Assembly: GCA_965216565.1 (NCBI GenBank)
Contig: OZ244170.1
Span: 2,656,001 to 2,720,000, forward strand
Source of the DNA: Bythopirellula sp.
Lineage (GTDB): Bacteria; Planctomycetota; Planctomycetia; Pirellulales; Lacipirellulaceae
DNA: 64,000 bases
Direction of reading: 5' to 3'
Each line of letters opens with the position of its first letter. The stretch's first letter is position 1. The position numbers and the translations under genes are program-made. The notes beneath the pieces are model-generated. The model was not told where the DNA came from. It saw nothing but the letters and a program-made list of their open reading frames with translations, and ran no database searches. Of the stretch, positions 50,348 to 59,579 are shown one piece after another.

Positions 50348-51274
50348 GTGATTGAAGTACGCGACCTCACCAAAAAATACGCAGATCTCTTTGCTATCCA
50401 TAAGATCGAGCTCAAGCTCGACAAAGGGGATGTGTTTGGATTTATCGGTCCCAACGGGGCTGGAAAAACCACCACCATGCGTATCCTGGCGACGCTGCTG
50501 AATCCCACCTGGGGCGAGGCTTACGTCGGCGGCTATTCGATCTATACGAAGCCCAAAGAAATTCGCCGCATCATTGGCTACATGCCCGACTTTTTTGGCG
50601 TGTACGACAATATGCAGGTGATTGAGTATCTGGAATTCTTCGCCGCAGCCTACCGTATCAAAGGGCCCGAGCGTCGCAAGATTTGCGATGAGGTACTGGA
50701 ATTGGTCGACTTGGGCTACAAACGCAACGAGTTAGTTACCAGTCTGTCTCGTGGCATGACGCAGCGATTGGGCCTGGCCCGTGTTCTGCTGCACGATCCG
50801 CAAGTGCTGCTGCTGGACGAACCGGCCAGTGGGCTCGATCCGCGGGCACGGATCGAGATTCGTGGTTTGCTCAAAGAGCTGCGCAACATGGGCAAAACGA
50901 TTATGGTCTCCAGCCATATCCTGCCCGAGCTAGCCGACATCTGCAATAAGATTGGCATCATCGAGCGGGGTGAACTTATCGTCAACGCGGATGTTTCGGA
51001 GGTCATGCGTCAAGTTCGGCAGCAAACTGTCTTGCAAATCGACGTGGCTGGCGACCGCGAGGCAGCCGCCAAATTGATCGAGTCTCACGAGACGGTCGAG
51101 AAGATCGAAATCGACGACGAAGCTATCCGTGTGACACTCACCCCCGGCGACCACGACTACAGCCAACTGGCTCGATTACTCGTCGAGAACGGCCACGCCT
51201 TGACTCGGCTAGGCGAGGAAGAGATCAACCTGGAAACCGCGTTCATGACGCTGACCAAGGGGATTACTTCTTAG
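50348..51274 (+). CDS. ABC-2-type transporter ATP-binding protein
   Basis: GPNGAGKTT, LSRGM, LLLDEP, SSH. Confidence 0.95.
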   Translation: MIEVRDLTKKYADLFAIHKIELKLDKGDVFGFIGPNGAGKTTTMRILATLLNPTWGEAYVGGYSIYTKPKEIRRIIGYMPDFFGVYDNMQVIEYLEFFAAAYRIKGPERRKICDEVLELVDLGYKRNELVTSLSRGMTQRLGLARVLLHDPQVLLLDEPASGLDPRARIEIRGLLKELRNMGKTIMVSSHILPELADICNKIGIIERGELIVNADVSEVMRQVRQQTVLQIDVAGDREAAAKLIESHETVEKIEIDDEAIRVTLTPGDHDYSQLARLLVENGHALTRLGEEEINLETAFMTLTKGITS

Positions 51275-51367
51275 CCACACTTGCGACCAGCGTGCTCTCA
51301 TCAACATCCCTTCCAGATTGCCAATTGCCAATTGGCAATGGCCAAATTACAATCTGAAGTCCCACTT

Positions 51368-51440
51368 GCCCCGTTCGTCTAGTGGCCCAGGACACCGCCC
51401 TCTCACGGCGGAGACAGGGGTTCGACTCCCCTACGGGGTA
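51368..51440 (+). tRNA. tRNA-Glu(CTC)
   Basis: GCCCCGTTCGTCTAGTGGCCCAGGACACCGCCCTCTCACGGCGGAGACAGGGGTTCGACTCCCCTACGGGGTA; CCA not encoded. Confidence 0.97.
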
Positions 51441-52140
51441 TACTATAATCTTGTACAGCACTGCAAGTCGCGGCAGCTGGCGGTACTTGAGCCCTGTTTT
51501 CTTGGGGCTTTTTTACTTTCTTCACTTTTTTGCTTCCCTCTGCGCTCGAGTGCTGCGCCGTATTTTGCGGCCCTGTTATGACAGAAAGTGCGCCGCATTC
51601 TGCGCCGCTTTGATCGGGGTCGATTTCTAATGCTTTCGCAAAGTGATCATCCATCAATTGAAGGTAATGGCGGCTCGCGATGATTGCTGAGTTTCCGATC
51701 CAATCACAGACCACGTGCAAGGGATGCTTCTCTGTAAGTTCGGTCTCTCTGCTAGCCCGTAGGTTATGAAACAATTGTTCCCATGCCTTCACACCGGCTC
51801 GCCGGAGTATTATCTGAAACTGGGTGCGAAAACTCTGATTCTTGCACCGATATCGGTTGATCACAAACTCAGTTCCCGCCTTGGCCTGATCGAAAGCCGC
51901 CTCTAGGTAAGGACACATTTCAGGGAATAGGGGAAGAGTCCGATAACTGCCACCGGGAAGATGCTCAGTCTTGGGGCTCGGCACACTGATTCGGTTATTC
52001 TCCCAATCAACGTCTCCCCATCGTATTGCCAAGTGTTCGCTAGGGCACTCAGGCCACTGAAACGGCTCAGCACCACGATTAACTGCCATTCCACATCAGG
52101 ACAAGCGGCAAGCACTTTAGGTACGCTTCGATTCGATGGG
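51403..52140 (-). pseudogene. Tyrosine integrase, 5'-truncated and frameshifted
   Basis: ACPDVEWQLIVVLSRFSGL | CPSEHLAIRWGDV, PKT, FHNLRAS, IGNS, HYLQ; 1-nt deletion at about 52048. Confidence 0.88.
51490..51514 (+). terminator. Probable rho-independent terminator after tRNA-Glu
   Basis: AGCCC...GGGCT stem followed by a T-run. Confidence 0.5.
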
Positions 52141-52256
52141 CTACAATTATTTGGCGCTGACATGAAAGCATTTGCAAATAGATCAACCTCGGGGAGAGTA
52201 CCGGCAAGCAGCGGAACTAACCACTTGTAAATGTGGCCCGATTCGTGAACCGAGTC

Positions 52257-52446
52257 CTAGGCTGTACATTTCTGACTACGCGGCCCAATGCGGAGATCAA
52301 GGCGGTCGGACACCACCGGATGCCGATCGTACTTAGGACCGAGGCGGAACAAACGCTCTGGCTCGCCTCCGAGATCAACGAGCGAGAAGCCCTAGAGAGC
52401 TTGCTAGTACCTGCTGAAGATGGAGCACTCGAGGTGGAGCCAATGG
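52257..52446 (+). pseudogene. SRAP (SOS response-associated peptidase) C-terminal remnant
   Basis: CTFLTTRPNAEIKAVGHHRMPIVL...WL...LLVP; the N-terminal MCGR is missing. Confidence 0.7.
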
Positions 52447-52880
52447 GGGAGCTAGCCGAGGACCCAAGGGAAAAAAGGCACACAATACAAAAAGCCGAGA
52501 GAGCTACGGCAGACCCCACGAACCAAGAAAAACCAAGACCTACAGAAAGACCATTCTCTGCCAGGAAATGTCCGCGATTCCAAGCACGGTTGACAATTTG
52601 GGAGTCCCTAGAAGATAGACCGCCCCCACCCCTACGATTTCGCAATGATCTTGCGCACTTGGGAGAAGCGGCTAGCGGCAGCCAGGCCTGAGACATTTTA
52701 CCCCCCCGCCCCAGTTGGCGAAGTACCGCCCCTCCACAGCACAGCGGGAAGAGCCGTTGTACAGCTGAGACGCATTTCTGCTTAAAAAGAAGTTGCAGAT
52801 GTGCACAGCCGACGCACATTCTGTAAGTTACTATTCCAACGTGTAATAGTTCACCTCTTGGTTGCTTGCGTACCACATCC

Positions 52881-53432
52881 ATGATTGACAGCATTTTTTC
52901 CCCCAGGCTTGAATTGCGGCCAATGGATCCGGCTTTTCTACAAGCCTCCCTGGATGGAGAGCTAGATTTCGCAGCGACACATCTAGGAGTTTCTTTGCCC
53001 GTCATTTGGCCAGAAAAGCCTGACCTGCTAAGACTACGGCTCCAGCAAATTAATTCTGATCCTTCAATCCAGCAATGGTCGCTGCGGGGCATGTGCCATC
53101 GGGAGACTAGCGAATTGGTTGGCCAAATCGGATTCCATTCGTATCCAGGAGCTGAATATCTGGACGACTGGCTACCTGGGGCAGTGGAATTTGGATTTAC
53201 CGTATTTTCCTCTTATCGCCGCCAAGGGTATGCGAAGGAGGCAGCTCGGGCGGTAATGGAGTGGGCCTACAAAATGCATGGCGTATCGAAATTCGTGTTA
53301 ACCATTTCACCGGACAATATTGCATCACAATCGCTGGCAGCTCAACTGGGCTTCACTCGCATCGGGTCACACGAAGATGAGATTGACGGCACCGAGGACG
53401 TTCTCGCATTGCATTACAAATCGACTACTTAG
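52881..53432 (+). CDS. GNAT N-acetyltransferase (RimJ/RimL-like)
   Basis: RLELRP, VEFGFTV, RRQGYAKEA, NIASQSLAAQLGF. Confidence 0.9.
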   Translation: MIDSIFSPRLELRPMDPAFLQASLDGELDFAATHLGVSLPVIWPEKPDLLRLRLQQINSDPSIQQWSLRGMCHRETSELVGQIGFHSYPGAEYLDDWLPGAVEFGFTVFSSYRRQGYAKEAARAVMEWAYKMHGVSKFVLTISPDNIASQSLAAQLGFTRIGSHEDEIDGTEDVLALHYKSTT

Positions 53433-53615
53433 AAGGTTCTGCTAACCTGCAGCGGTGAGCACATCCGACGCCAGAAACGGACGTTCTCTAACCTGCACAA
53501 GCGTGAAACGCAGAGCACAGTTGGAAAAAGCAGTTTCCATGCTAGGCAAGTCCCTTCGATTCTCGCAAGAACTAAAGTTAACATAGCCGCGATCTGCAGC
53601 GGCATACACGTGCGA

Positions 53616-55514
53616 TCAACTTAGCGATAGCTTGGCGTAATCGTCCGCGGAGGCTCCATCTAAGCAGGCTTGAATGATTTCTCTTCCTTTCGGCTCGAGA
53701 TCGACGTCGAGGAATTTCTTAATCTGCTGATGGAAGAAATCGGTCAGGATCTCTGCTCCCTGGTCGTAGCCTTGTTCGCCAACCTCGGGTTGAGTGTCGA
53801 CCTGCAGGAACCAGTGCCCGATAACTTGACCTTCGACCTGAATCGTCCGCGGTGTGCGTCCTAGCAGCGGGCAGCGCGCATCCGTGACCTGACCGGGGGA
53901 GAATAACGCCGAACCGCGGCGAGCCAGATATTCGCGAGCGATCCACTGAGGTGCGAAGCCTGTTTCCCAACTTCCAATGTGTTGATTGGGGAGCAGGACG
54001 AACATCGTATCCGGGGTTTCCATCACCTGACGGAACAGGATGTTTGCCTGGTCGACTCTGCGGCCAGTTGCGAAGGGCCAGTAAGAGCCCACGCCTTCGG
54101 AACTCATGCCTTCGGTGGTCACAATGGAAGGGTTGCCATGTCCACGCGGCGCGACCAATCGCCACAACCAAGCCAATGCCGGCGAGAGAATGTGCATGAG
54201 CCCGATGATGCCGTAGGAGGGCTCCTCTTTCGTACAAGGCGGACATCTTACGCCAAAGCTACGAATATCAACGGTCACAGGCTTCTTGACGATCCCTGGA
54301 TACTTGTCACGAGGATAGATCAATCTTGGGTTCGGACAAGGAACGCCGGGCGAGTCCTCGATATGCTCCCAAATCAATGCCGTGGAGCCGGGCGTCGCGT
54401 CAATATTCAAAAACAGGAGTGGCTCTTCGGGGTGGATTGTCAGCGATTCCAGATTGGGATCGATTCCGTAATGGGTAATATGATTGACTCGCAAGAACCA
54501 AGCCTGCTCTGCGTCGGTAAGAGTAAGTTTTGTCTCTTGCGAACGGTCCGATTCCAGGTCGGGGTGACAGAGCGCCATGTCGTCGGTTACCGGACGAAGT
54601 TCGCAGCCACGCGGAATCGACACGTAGCGTCGTTCGCCGGTTACGATGTTCTTGCCGAGCTTAATTCTTCCGTCGCGCTGCCGATGCATCAGCTCGAGCA
54701 TTTCGCTCTTTCCACCACCGGAAGCTCCTTCGTGCATGAAGGTCACCGTGTTGTCGTACGGCGTGACGACCTGCACGGTCGAACAGTGTGCGGTGGTCCA
54801 ACCCTGCTGCTCGCCATAGTTGAGCAACATCCCATAGACGCCCTTTTTTGCAGAAGGACCAGGATAAAGGTTGTAGCTGAATAGCTCGTGCAGCTCTTCG
54901 CGACGATTGTGGACAACAACTTGTTTGCCATCGAACTTCGTGTGCCGAAAAGGGGGAGCGATGTAGATGATGGCCGAGTGGAAATAGTCTTCGCCGTGGG
55001 CTTGGATTTCCTCCAGAGGGACAATGCCCTGCAAGGTTGCCAGGCCAAAGGCGAAAAAGGCGGCATTCGCCGGGCAGATGGCAACCGCCGGGAGGCCCTT
55101 CCCTGGCAGCCCCGCATCGAAGAAAAAGCAGGCTAAATCTTGGCTCTTGAGCCAGTCGAAGGTTTCTTGACGCAGGGGCTCAAAATCCTCGCCGAAACGG
55201 TGCTCGAATGTTTTTTTGTCGGTGGCCTGGTTATCGGCAATCGCCATGCAATCGGGATCGCGGCGACGCATATAGGCTTCGATGTAATTCGCGCTGATGC
55301 CATTACGAACTCGACAGACTTTGGCCTCGGGAACGAACTTTCCATCGACATCGTACCCGACTGTGTAGTATCCCTTGGCATCGACTAATTCATCGGGCAC
55401 CGCGGCTTTCGCCAATTCCTCGACAGTGCTAAAGAAGCGAACCGACTTGGCTTCTTTCAACACCGACTCGGCAGATTGGGACAAGGACAGATTCGGCAAC
55501 TCGGCGGTTATCAT
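53616..55514 (-). CDS. DUF4914-family protein (PEP carboxykinase-like nucleotide-binding motifs)
   Basis: YMRRRDPDCM, YPGPSAKKGVY, HCS, HEGASGGGKSEM, DDMA, SEGVGSYWPF. Confidence 0.8.
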   Translation of the reverse strand: MITAELPNLSLSQSAESVLKEAKSVRFFSTVEELAKAAVPDELVDAKGYYTVGYDVDGKFVPEAKVCRVRNGISANYIEAYMRRRDPDCMAIADNQATDKKTFEHRFGEDFEPLRQETFDWLKSQDLACFFFDAGLPGKGLPAVAICPANAAFFAFGLATLQGIVPLEEIQAHGEDYFHSAIIYIAPPFRHTKFDGKQVVVHNRREELHELFSYNLYPGPSAKKGVYGMLLNYGEQQGWTTAHCSTVQVVTPYDNTVTFMHEGASGGGKSEMLELMHRQRDGRIKLGKNIVTGERRYVSIPRGCELRPVTDDMALCHPDLESDRSQETKLTLTDAEQAWFLRVNHITHYGIDPNLESLTIHPEEPLLFLNIDATPGSTALIWEHIEDSPGVPCPNPRLIYPRDKYPGIVKKPVTVDIRSFGVRCPPCTKEEPSYGIIGLMHILSPALAWLWRLVAPRGHGNPSIVTTEGMSSEGVGSYWPFATGRRVDQANILFRQVMETPDTMFVLLPNQHIGSWETGFAPQWIAREYLARRGSALFSPGQVTDARCPLLGRTPRTIQVEGQVIGHWFLQVDTQPEVGEQGYDQGAEILTDFFHQQIKKFLDVDLEPKGREIIQACLDGASADDYAKLSLS

Positions 55515-55732
55515 AACAATTCTCCGTAAACTTCTTCTGAATTCAATTCTGTTTTGCTAAGCACAGTTCGGTAGAGATGGCAAAGTTACTCTTCGCCAAT
55601 CCTAGCTGCGCTCCGATGCGGGCACTTGGCAGCCCTCGATACTGCAGGTGCATTGCCCACCGCCAATTGGCCAATTACCAGGCGTATTCTGGTGGACCAC
55701 CAAGAGCCTCTAATGATACACTAACAACGCGA

Positions 55733-56281
55733 TTAAATCTTGCCGTCCAAGCCCATTTGGTAGTACTTGTGGGTGATACTATCCTGGTTTTCCAGCAGCC
55801 AGTCGATGGAAGGTTCGTTATTCATCGCCTTGTGGATTGCTTGGGCCATTGCTTTGCGGTGAATTTCAAACAAGGCCTTGTGATCGAGATTGTCGTCGTC
55901 AACGACTCCGGGGTTGAGCCATACGCTGCAGATGATTCCCAGATCGTTGGCTTTTTCTTTTGGAATATCGCCTGCGCGGACCGCATCGAGCACACCATTG
56001 GCGATGGCCGCCTGGACTGTTCCCATCAAGATGTTGGTGTAACGCGTTTTCTTGACCGTGACTTTGCTGACGCAAAGCGTGACGGGGCGTACCTGAATAT
56101 CTGTATTAAGAATTGCAAAGACCTTCGAGTGGCCCATCGACTGATCGCCGGTGAGCGTCGCCAACGCCGTTCCGACGGGTCCGTCGAGTTCGCCGATAAC
56201 GACTTCAGGCTCGGCTGCGGTAAATGGAGGACCACCAGCTACTAAGGCCTCGCCGGAGCGAAATACGATGCGATCAGACAT
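55733..56281 (-). CDS. fae: Formaldehyde-activating enzyme homologue (divergent Fae)
   Basis: GEALV, KVTV, QAAIANGVLDAVRAGDIP, A..KAM..EP, H.Y. Start at MSDR. Confidence 0.85.
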   Translation of the reverse strand: MSDRIVFRSGEALVAGGPPFTAAEPEVVIGELDGPVGTALATLTGDQSMGHSKVFAILNTDIQVRPVTLCVSKVTVKKTRYTNILMGTVQAAIANGVLDAVRAGDIPKEKANDLGIICSVWLNPGVVDDDNLDHKALFEIHRKAMAQAIHKAMNNEPSIDWLLENQDSITHKYYQMGLDGKI

Positions 56282-56496
56282 GAATAAGACCATCCTTCAA
56301 GGTAAATTTGTGAACCAGTAACTGAGAACACAAATTTACACTCTGAAGGACGTGCTGAATACTGCCTACAAAACCCGGCAGGCCCGTGGTCTTGAATAAG
56401 TCGAATATCTGGCGAGTCTTTGAAGAAACTCGCCACACTAAGAATACACGGTGGCCAGCGCGTTGCGCGGGCCCGTTCATTCCGCCATGGCCGTCA

Positions 56497-57036
56497 CTAC
56501 TGTAGTTTCGCCACCGGAGGGAAATCAATTTCTGGGTCGGCAACGTGATTGAAGTAGTTCGTGAAGATATTTAACGCAACGTTGGCAACGATCTCTGCCA
56601 CCTCGCCGTCGGAGTAGCCTGCCGAACGCAGCTTAGCGACCGCTTCGTCTGTCGCATGGCCGCGCTCCTCAACTAACAGTTTTGCGAAATCCAAAGCCAC
56701 TGCGGCTTTTTCCTCACTAGCTGTGCCACGTCGGGCCGACTCCACCTCCTGGTCGTCCAAGCCGCTTTTCTTGCCAAGTGCCACATGGGCCGACAAGCAA
56801 TAGTCGCAACTGTTCGTCTCCGCGACAACGATTGAAATCTGCTCGCGTAGCTGGGCTGACAGTTTGCCTTTGGCCAGCGATTGGTTGAATCCAAAATACG
56901 CCTGAGCAACAGCGGGCGAATTCACCATGGCAGCAAAAATATTGGGAATGATTCCCATGTTCTTTTCAACCGTTTCCAGCACCTTCGCTTGTGATTCGTT
57001 GGCCGATTGTTTATCGATCAATGGCAGGCGAGACAT
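56497..57036 (-). CDS. AhpD/carboxymuconolactone decarboxylase-family peroxidase-related protein
   Basis: REQISIVVAETNSCDYCLSAH, NIFTNYFN, IDFP; GGAG RBS. Confidence 0.92.
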   Translation of the reverse strand: MSRLPLIDKQSANESQAKVLETVEKNMGIIPNIFAAMVNSPAVAQAYFGFNQSLAKGKLSAQLREQISIVVAETNSCDYCLSAHVALGKKSGLDDQEVESARRGTASEEKAAVALDFAKLLVEERGHATDEAVAKLRSAGYSDGEVAEIVANVALNIFTNYFNHVADPEIDFPPVAKLQ

Positions 57037-57083
57037 ATTGTTTTCTCCTATTCTACGGTGATCTGTATGTAACTAATAAGTTG

Positions 57084-57109
57084 GACGCGAAGACCCGCCA
57101 CAAACTTAC
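57084..57109 (-). promoter_or_regulatory. Putative ECF promoter for the ahpD-like gene
   Basis: GTAAGT-N16-CGTC on the minus strand. Confidence 0.65.
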
Positions 57110-57462
57110 GGCTCTTCTTCAAGCAGCCATTCTTGAAGGATTGCCGCGTGATTGTGCTGCATGTCTTTTGCTGCAAAAAGCAACGTTATCCGGGAATGTT
57201 CCGCGGCAGCAGCAAACGTCTCGTTTGCGTTCTGCTTCTGGCTATCCAACTCCGCCCGGTAACGTTCTGCGAACTCCTCAAACCTTTCTGGCTTATGAGA
57301 AAACCACTTTCGCAGCTCGGGGCTTGGTGCTAAATCCTTGGCCCACATTGCGAGGGCCGCCTGTTCGCGGCTGACACCACGCGGCCAGAGCCGATCGACG
57401 AGCACTCGGAACCCATCACCGGGGTCCGCGGACTCGTAGATGCGCTTCGTGACGATTTCCAT
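57106..57462 (-). CDS. DUF488/YeaO family protein
   Basis: KRIYE, DG.RVLVDRLWPRG, LAPSPELRKWF, HNHA. Confidence 0.92.
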   Translation of the reverse strand: MEIVTKRIYESADPGDGFRVLVDRLWPRGVSREQAALAMWAKDLAPSPELRKWFSHKPERFEEFAERYRAELDSQKQNANETFAAAAEHSRITLLFAAKDMQHNHAAILQEWLLEEEP

Positions 57463-57554
57463 CGAAAGCCCCCCTCCCCTTGTACGCCACGAAGGCCGCT
57501 TCAGCAGATTCAATCTGCCGAAGCGACCCCAATGGACTGGCTCTAGCAATTCTT

Positions 57555-58088
57555 TTAACCGCTCACCTTATTCCAATGGCGTTCGGCTTTTTTCAGATGC
57601 TCTTCTTGGTTTCCTTGGTTCCACAATTCGAGGGCGTCGACATTCTTGTTCTTCAAGAATAGCAACAGCTTGCCATCGACAATCTTAAAGCTACGCGGAT
57701 CGACGGGAAACTTATCTTCCACGGCCATGCCAAAAGCACACCAGCCGCCGTATGCCGGGATATACTTTCCCGGTTGCTTATCAAAAGCGGCTTTGGCGTC
57801 AGCGGAAACAAACTGGTACGTGACGCCCTGATGCGTCGACGTATATTCTGGTTTGCCCATGACAGGTTTGTTGACGGCGAAATACGCCACCGGACAGTAT
57901 CCTTCCAAGGCCAGCCCACTGCTCGGCAAGTTGTAGCTGTGCAGGTAGGCCTTTGATAGATCACGCTGCATTTTTGCTGCCTCAGTGCTTCCCGATTGGG
58001 CAACTGACTTTTCGTTGGCAATCCAAAGTGCCGATCCGGCCAGGGTGATAGCCGCTAAGGCGAGTGTCGTAAAACGTTTCATTTTCAT
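57555..58088 (-). CDS. Secreted YHS-domain protein (Cys form of the YHS selenoprotein-like family)
   Basis: GYCPVAYF, Y.F.S, P.YGGWCAFGM, DP..FKIVDGKL. Confidence 0.88.
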   Translation of the reverse strand: MKMKRFTTLALAAITLAGSALWIANEKSVAQSGSTEAAKMQRDLSKAYLHSYNLPSSGLALEGYCPVAYFAVNKPVMGKPEYTSTHQGVTYQFVSADAKAAFDKQPGKYIPAYGGWCAFGMAVEDKFPVDPRSFKIVDGKLLLFLKNKNVDALELWNQGNQEEHLKKAERHWNKVSG

Positions 58089-58218
58089 TCTCCAATTTGA
58101 TTGATCTGAGAAATTTCCAATGGCGCAAATCGCCGTCATTTCGCTGTGATAACTCTGCTTCTAGGGAGGGCCGCGATAGCGCTCTCGGCGGCACCTCATC
58201 AAGCCGGCATGGCTATTT

Positions 58219-58306
58219 GTCGCCCACACGACCGGAATCCTTACCAAAAAAAACAATTCACTTTTCTTTGCAATTTTCACGTAAGGTCGAGGCTTCCTTC
58301 GCCGTC
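58219..58306. promoter_or_regulatory. Back-to-back putative ECF promoters
   Basis: Minus strand GTAAGG-N16-CGAC (58244-58219); plus strand GTAAGG-N16-CGTC (58281-58306). Confidence 0.65.
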
Positions 58307-58356
58307 CTATGAATTAGTCCAATTGCCCGCGCGTTATTCCATAGGTCAAATCTCGG

Positions 58357-58965
58357 ATGCTACCTTCCTACGAAGACTGGGTTCAGCGCCTTGAGCGCAA
58401 CAGTTCTCAGCGGGAACTTGCGCTAATGGAACTGCGAGAGCTTTTGTTGCTCCGATTGCACCACGCATTCCGGAACCAACCGGAGTTTAGTAGCAATCTC
58501 ATTGAAGATGTTGTTCAGGAATCTTTATTGAAGATTCTGAACAAACTTCACACCTTCGAGGGTCGCAGCCAGTTCCCCACCTGGGCGACCGCAATTGCCA
58601 TTCGGACGGCCTATTCCGAGCTACGCAAACGCGAGTGGAAAAACATATCGCTGGAGCAAACGCTCACTGAGTTCGACCAATCTCGTCTCGAGCCCGTCAG
58701 TGATTTGCCAGCTCCAGAGTTATCCAATGAGAAAGACGATCTGGTCGAAGCCCTCTACGAGTGCATCCACCTGGATTTGACCGTCAAACAAAAAGACGCC
58801 TTGTTGGCCGAGCTAAAAGGAATGCCTTTGGAGGAAATCGCCAGACGGCAGGGGAGCACTGTGAATGCCGTCTACAAACTCACGCACGATGCCAGAAAGC
58901 GTTTGAAGCTTAGTCTGGAAAACAACGGATACACGAGTGACGATTGGGCAGCAATGAGGACATGA
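58357..58965 (+). CDS. ECF sigma factor
   Basis: EDVVQE, FEGRSQFPTWA, EEIA, NAVYKLTHDARKRLK. Confidence 0.92.
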   Translation: MLPSYEDWVQRLERNSSQRELALMELRELLLLRLHHAFRNQPEFSSNLIEDVVQESLLKILNKLHTFEGRSQFPTWATAIAIRTAYSELRKREWKNISLEQTLTEFDQSRLEPVSDLPAPELSNEKDDLVEALYECIHLDLTVKQKDALLAELKGMPLEEIARRQGSTVNAVYKLTHDARKRLKLSLENNGYTSDDWAAMRT

Positions 58966-59201
58966 ATGAGATGAATCTAACTCGTCAACAGATCGATTCC
59001 TTACTGCTGATGCTTTCGCTGACAAGGTCGGAAGAACTCACTTGCGAGGAGTGCGCCCAGCTACTGGCCGAGTTTGCTGAGAGTAATCTCCAAGGACATT
59101 CTATTCCCGAGTATCTTCAGGCCGTGGAACACCACTTGGATCTCTGCAGCCAGTGCCGTGACGAGTTCGAAGCTCTGCTCGAGGCCCTGCATAGCAGCTA
59201 G
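58962..59201 (+). CDS. Cytoplasmic zf-HC2 zinc-finger anti-sigma factor
   Basis: ATGA coupling to the sigma gene; LTCEEC, HLDLCSQC. Confidence 0.88.
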   Translation: MNEMNLTRQQIDSLLLMLSLTRSEELTCEECAQLLAEFAESNLQGHSIPEYLQAVEHHLDLCSQCRDEFEALLEALHSS

Positions 59202-59445
59202 GCACCCAAGCTGTCTTCTGCGGAACATGTCTTGTGAGTGTTGCAAAAAAGCAACACTTTTAGCCTCTCGGCAGGCTTTCTGGCAACTCCGCCCTTTGCG
59301 ACAGGCCTATTTCCAGGGTGAATCGCCGTTTGAGGGCTGGTACGACAATTGCTTCTAGCTAGGTGAGGCTGGGCGGGAGTTCGGGTCGAAATAGCGAACG
59401 CGAAGCGTTCTGTTACCTCGCCCCGGCGAGTCGCCTTCGGAGACG

Positions 59446-59497
59446 CGAGGTCCGCCGAGGGATCTAGCCAGATTCCTCGGCGGACCTCGGAATGACA
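59446..59497. repeat. Family C palindromic repeat (left arm truncated)
   Basis: CTAGCCAGATTCCTCGGC.GACCTCGGAATGACA shared with 34768-34827. Confidence 0.85.
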
Positions 59498-59579
59498 GCT
59501 ACTTTCGTAGCTGAGGTTGCTTTTCGAATTCCCGTACAGTCTCAGCTAAGTGGCAGCAAACCCTGGGGCACCTGAATAG

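Noticed and set aside
52629..52636. Second attachment site of the tRNA-Glu element (CCCCTACG)
   Set aside because: Only 8 nt match the tRNA 3' end; chance level.
52217..53092. 291-aa minus-strand ORF
   Set aside because: Shadow ORF overlapping the GNAT gene and SRAP remnant, with no recognisable motifs.
53436..53497. Integron attC after the GNAT gene (imperfect direct repeat GTTCT(G)CTAACCTGCA)
   Set aside because: No complementary GTTRRRY end or paired L boxes; no intI in the window.
53979..54884. 301-aa plus-strand ORF (and the many similar antisense ORFs in the track)
   Set aside because: Antisense to a well-supported gene; expected from codon bias at this GC content.
57555..58088. Selenoprotein
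   Set aside because: No in-frame TGA; Cys codons are present.
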